From Naegleria gruberi (taxonomy: Eukaryota), in NCBI GenBank assembly GCA_000004985.1, contig GG738895.1: a stretch of DNA of 64,000 nucleotides. The stretch is one strand, 5' to 3'. Positions 63,093 through 64,000 of the stretch are shown piece after piece. Under the pieces are notes generated by a model. It was given only the letters and a program-made list of their open reading frames with translations. It was not told where the DNA came from and did no database searches. The number at the start of each line of letters is the position of its first letter. Positions within the stretch are counted from its first letter, which is position 1. The position numbers were made by a program, and so were the translations under genes.

Positions 63093-64000
63093 ATGGCCCC
63101 TACAAAGGAAAATAATTGGGCAGGCGTTGATCCAAGCCTTCTCAACCAAAAAGATTACTTGTGGACCAAGACTGATGAACCTCATTGGAATAGAAAGAAG
63201 GAATTGTTGAAGAAGTATCCACAAATCAAGGAACTCTACAGTATTGATCCAATGACCAAGTGGAAGATTCTCCTCCTTGTTCTTATCCAATTTGCCACTT
63301 GTTATTATGTAGTAACTGCTAAACCTGCTTGGTACATTGTCCTTGCTTGTATGTGGGTTATTGGTGGTACTTGTAACACTAGTTTGACTGTTGGTATCCA
63401 CGAATTGACTCATGGTATGTTTGATCATTATTCTTTATTGTTAAATTTTAAAAATCATATGCATAATTATTCAATTTAATTATCTAATCTTTCAGGTGTT
63501 GGATTTGAAACTTTGGAATACAATTACATGATGGCAATTTTTGGTAACCTTCCACTTGCTGTTCCTTTTGCCATGTCCTTCAAACGTTACCATCATGAAC
63601 ACCACGTTTATCAAGGAGTTTTGGGTCTTGATACCGACATCGGAACCCCTATAGAAGCAAAATTCTTCAACACTCGTTACACTAAATTCCTCCACGTTCT
63701 CTTCATGGTCTTTTTCTATGCTTTGAGACCATTGTTCCTCCTCCCAAAAATTCCAAACAAGTGGGAATTAATTAACCAAGCTGTTATTTTCTCATTCGTC
63801 GGTGTTGTAACCTATTTCTTCGGTTGGATGTCTATCATCTATTTCTTGGGCTCTGACTTTTTCGGATTGGGTTTGCACCCATTGGCTGGTCACTTTATTT
63901 CTGAAGTAAGTTTTTCATCATGATGATAGTAATATTTACAACAATTATTAGCACTTTGTGACAAGACCAGGACAAGAAACATACAGTTATTATGGTATTG
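63093..64000 (+). CDS. Sphingolipid delta4-desaturase (dihydroceramide desaturase, DEGS1-like), 5' partial within window; exons 63093..63414, 63496..63905, 63952..>64000
   Basis: DYLWTKTDEPHWNRKKELLKKYPQIKELYSIDP.. parallels human DES1 [33 protein letters not shown]. It has His boxes HELTHG and HHEHH, the PLAGHFISE..HFVTRPGQETYSYYG segment (compare HPISGHFIAEHYMF..GHETYSYYG), and introns of 81 and 46 nt (GTATGT..TTTCAG; GTAAGT..TTATTAG). Confidence 0.8.

Noticed and set aside
1-64000. Possibility that the window is bacterial, archaeal or viral, given many bacterial-like genes (SppA, VOC, lyases)
   Set aside because: There are multiple GT..AG introns with GTAAGT donors whose removal restores conserved protein motifs. 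tRNAs lack encoded CCA and are followed by oligo-T terminators. Eukaryote-specific proteins are present (RPL28e, RPB9, TRAPP, tubulin, EPC, SLC6, F-box). The bacterial-like genes sit among these and carry eukaryotic signal and GPI features.

Overview
This 64-kb window is a gene-dense, AT-rich (about 35% GC) nuclear segment from a unicellular eukaryote. It is not prokaryotic or viral: it has many short spliceosomal introns (39-140 nt, GTAAGT/GTATGT/GTGAGT donors and YAG acceptors), TAA/TAG/TGA used as stops, eukaryote-type tRNA genes without encoded CCA, and a solitary 5S rRNA gene with an oligo-T terminator. Gene content (heavily expanded F-box and RNI-type LRR proteins, bacterial-like genes, short introns, Q/N/S/T-rich low-complexity stretches) resembles an amoeboid protist, amoebozoan or heterolobosean-like; I cannot fix the species from sequence alone. 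I can support about 45 protein-coding genes, 6 tRNA genes, one 5S rRNA and one P450 remnant.

Identifiable products:
- Metabolic and transport: M20 aminoacylase, Zn-alcohol dehydrogenase, short-chain dehydrogenase, SLC6 symporter, rhodanese/MST, DUF962 (Mpo1-like), dienelactone hydrolase, dihydroceramide desaturase.
- Housekeeping: HSP20, RPL28e, RPB9, a TRAPP Bet3-family subunit, an Enhancer-of-polycomb-like protein.
- Other: a divergent tubulin, a pseudokinase, and bacterial-type SppA, VOC, heparinase-II/III-like and parallel beta-helix proteins.

The most striking content is a cluster of at least 11 F-box proteins. It includes a three-gene module duplicated within the window: an F-box/SPRY protein, a catalytically degenerate single-RecA eIF4A-like protein, and an N-myristoylated F-box fused to a Rab-like GTPase with non-canonical G motifs.

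Several ORF-track starts are non-ATG (TTG/ATA) artefacts. I moved those to the first in-frame ATG and joined exons where splice signals and protein homology agree. Derived coordinates such as introns may be off by 1-2 nt.
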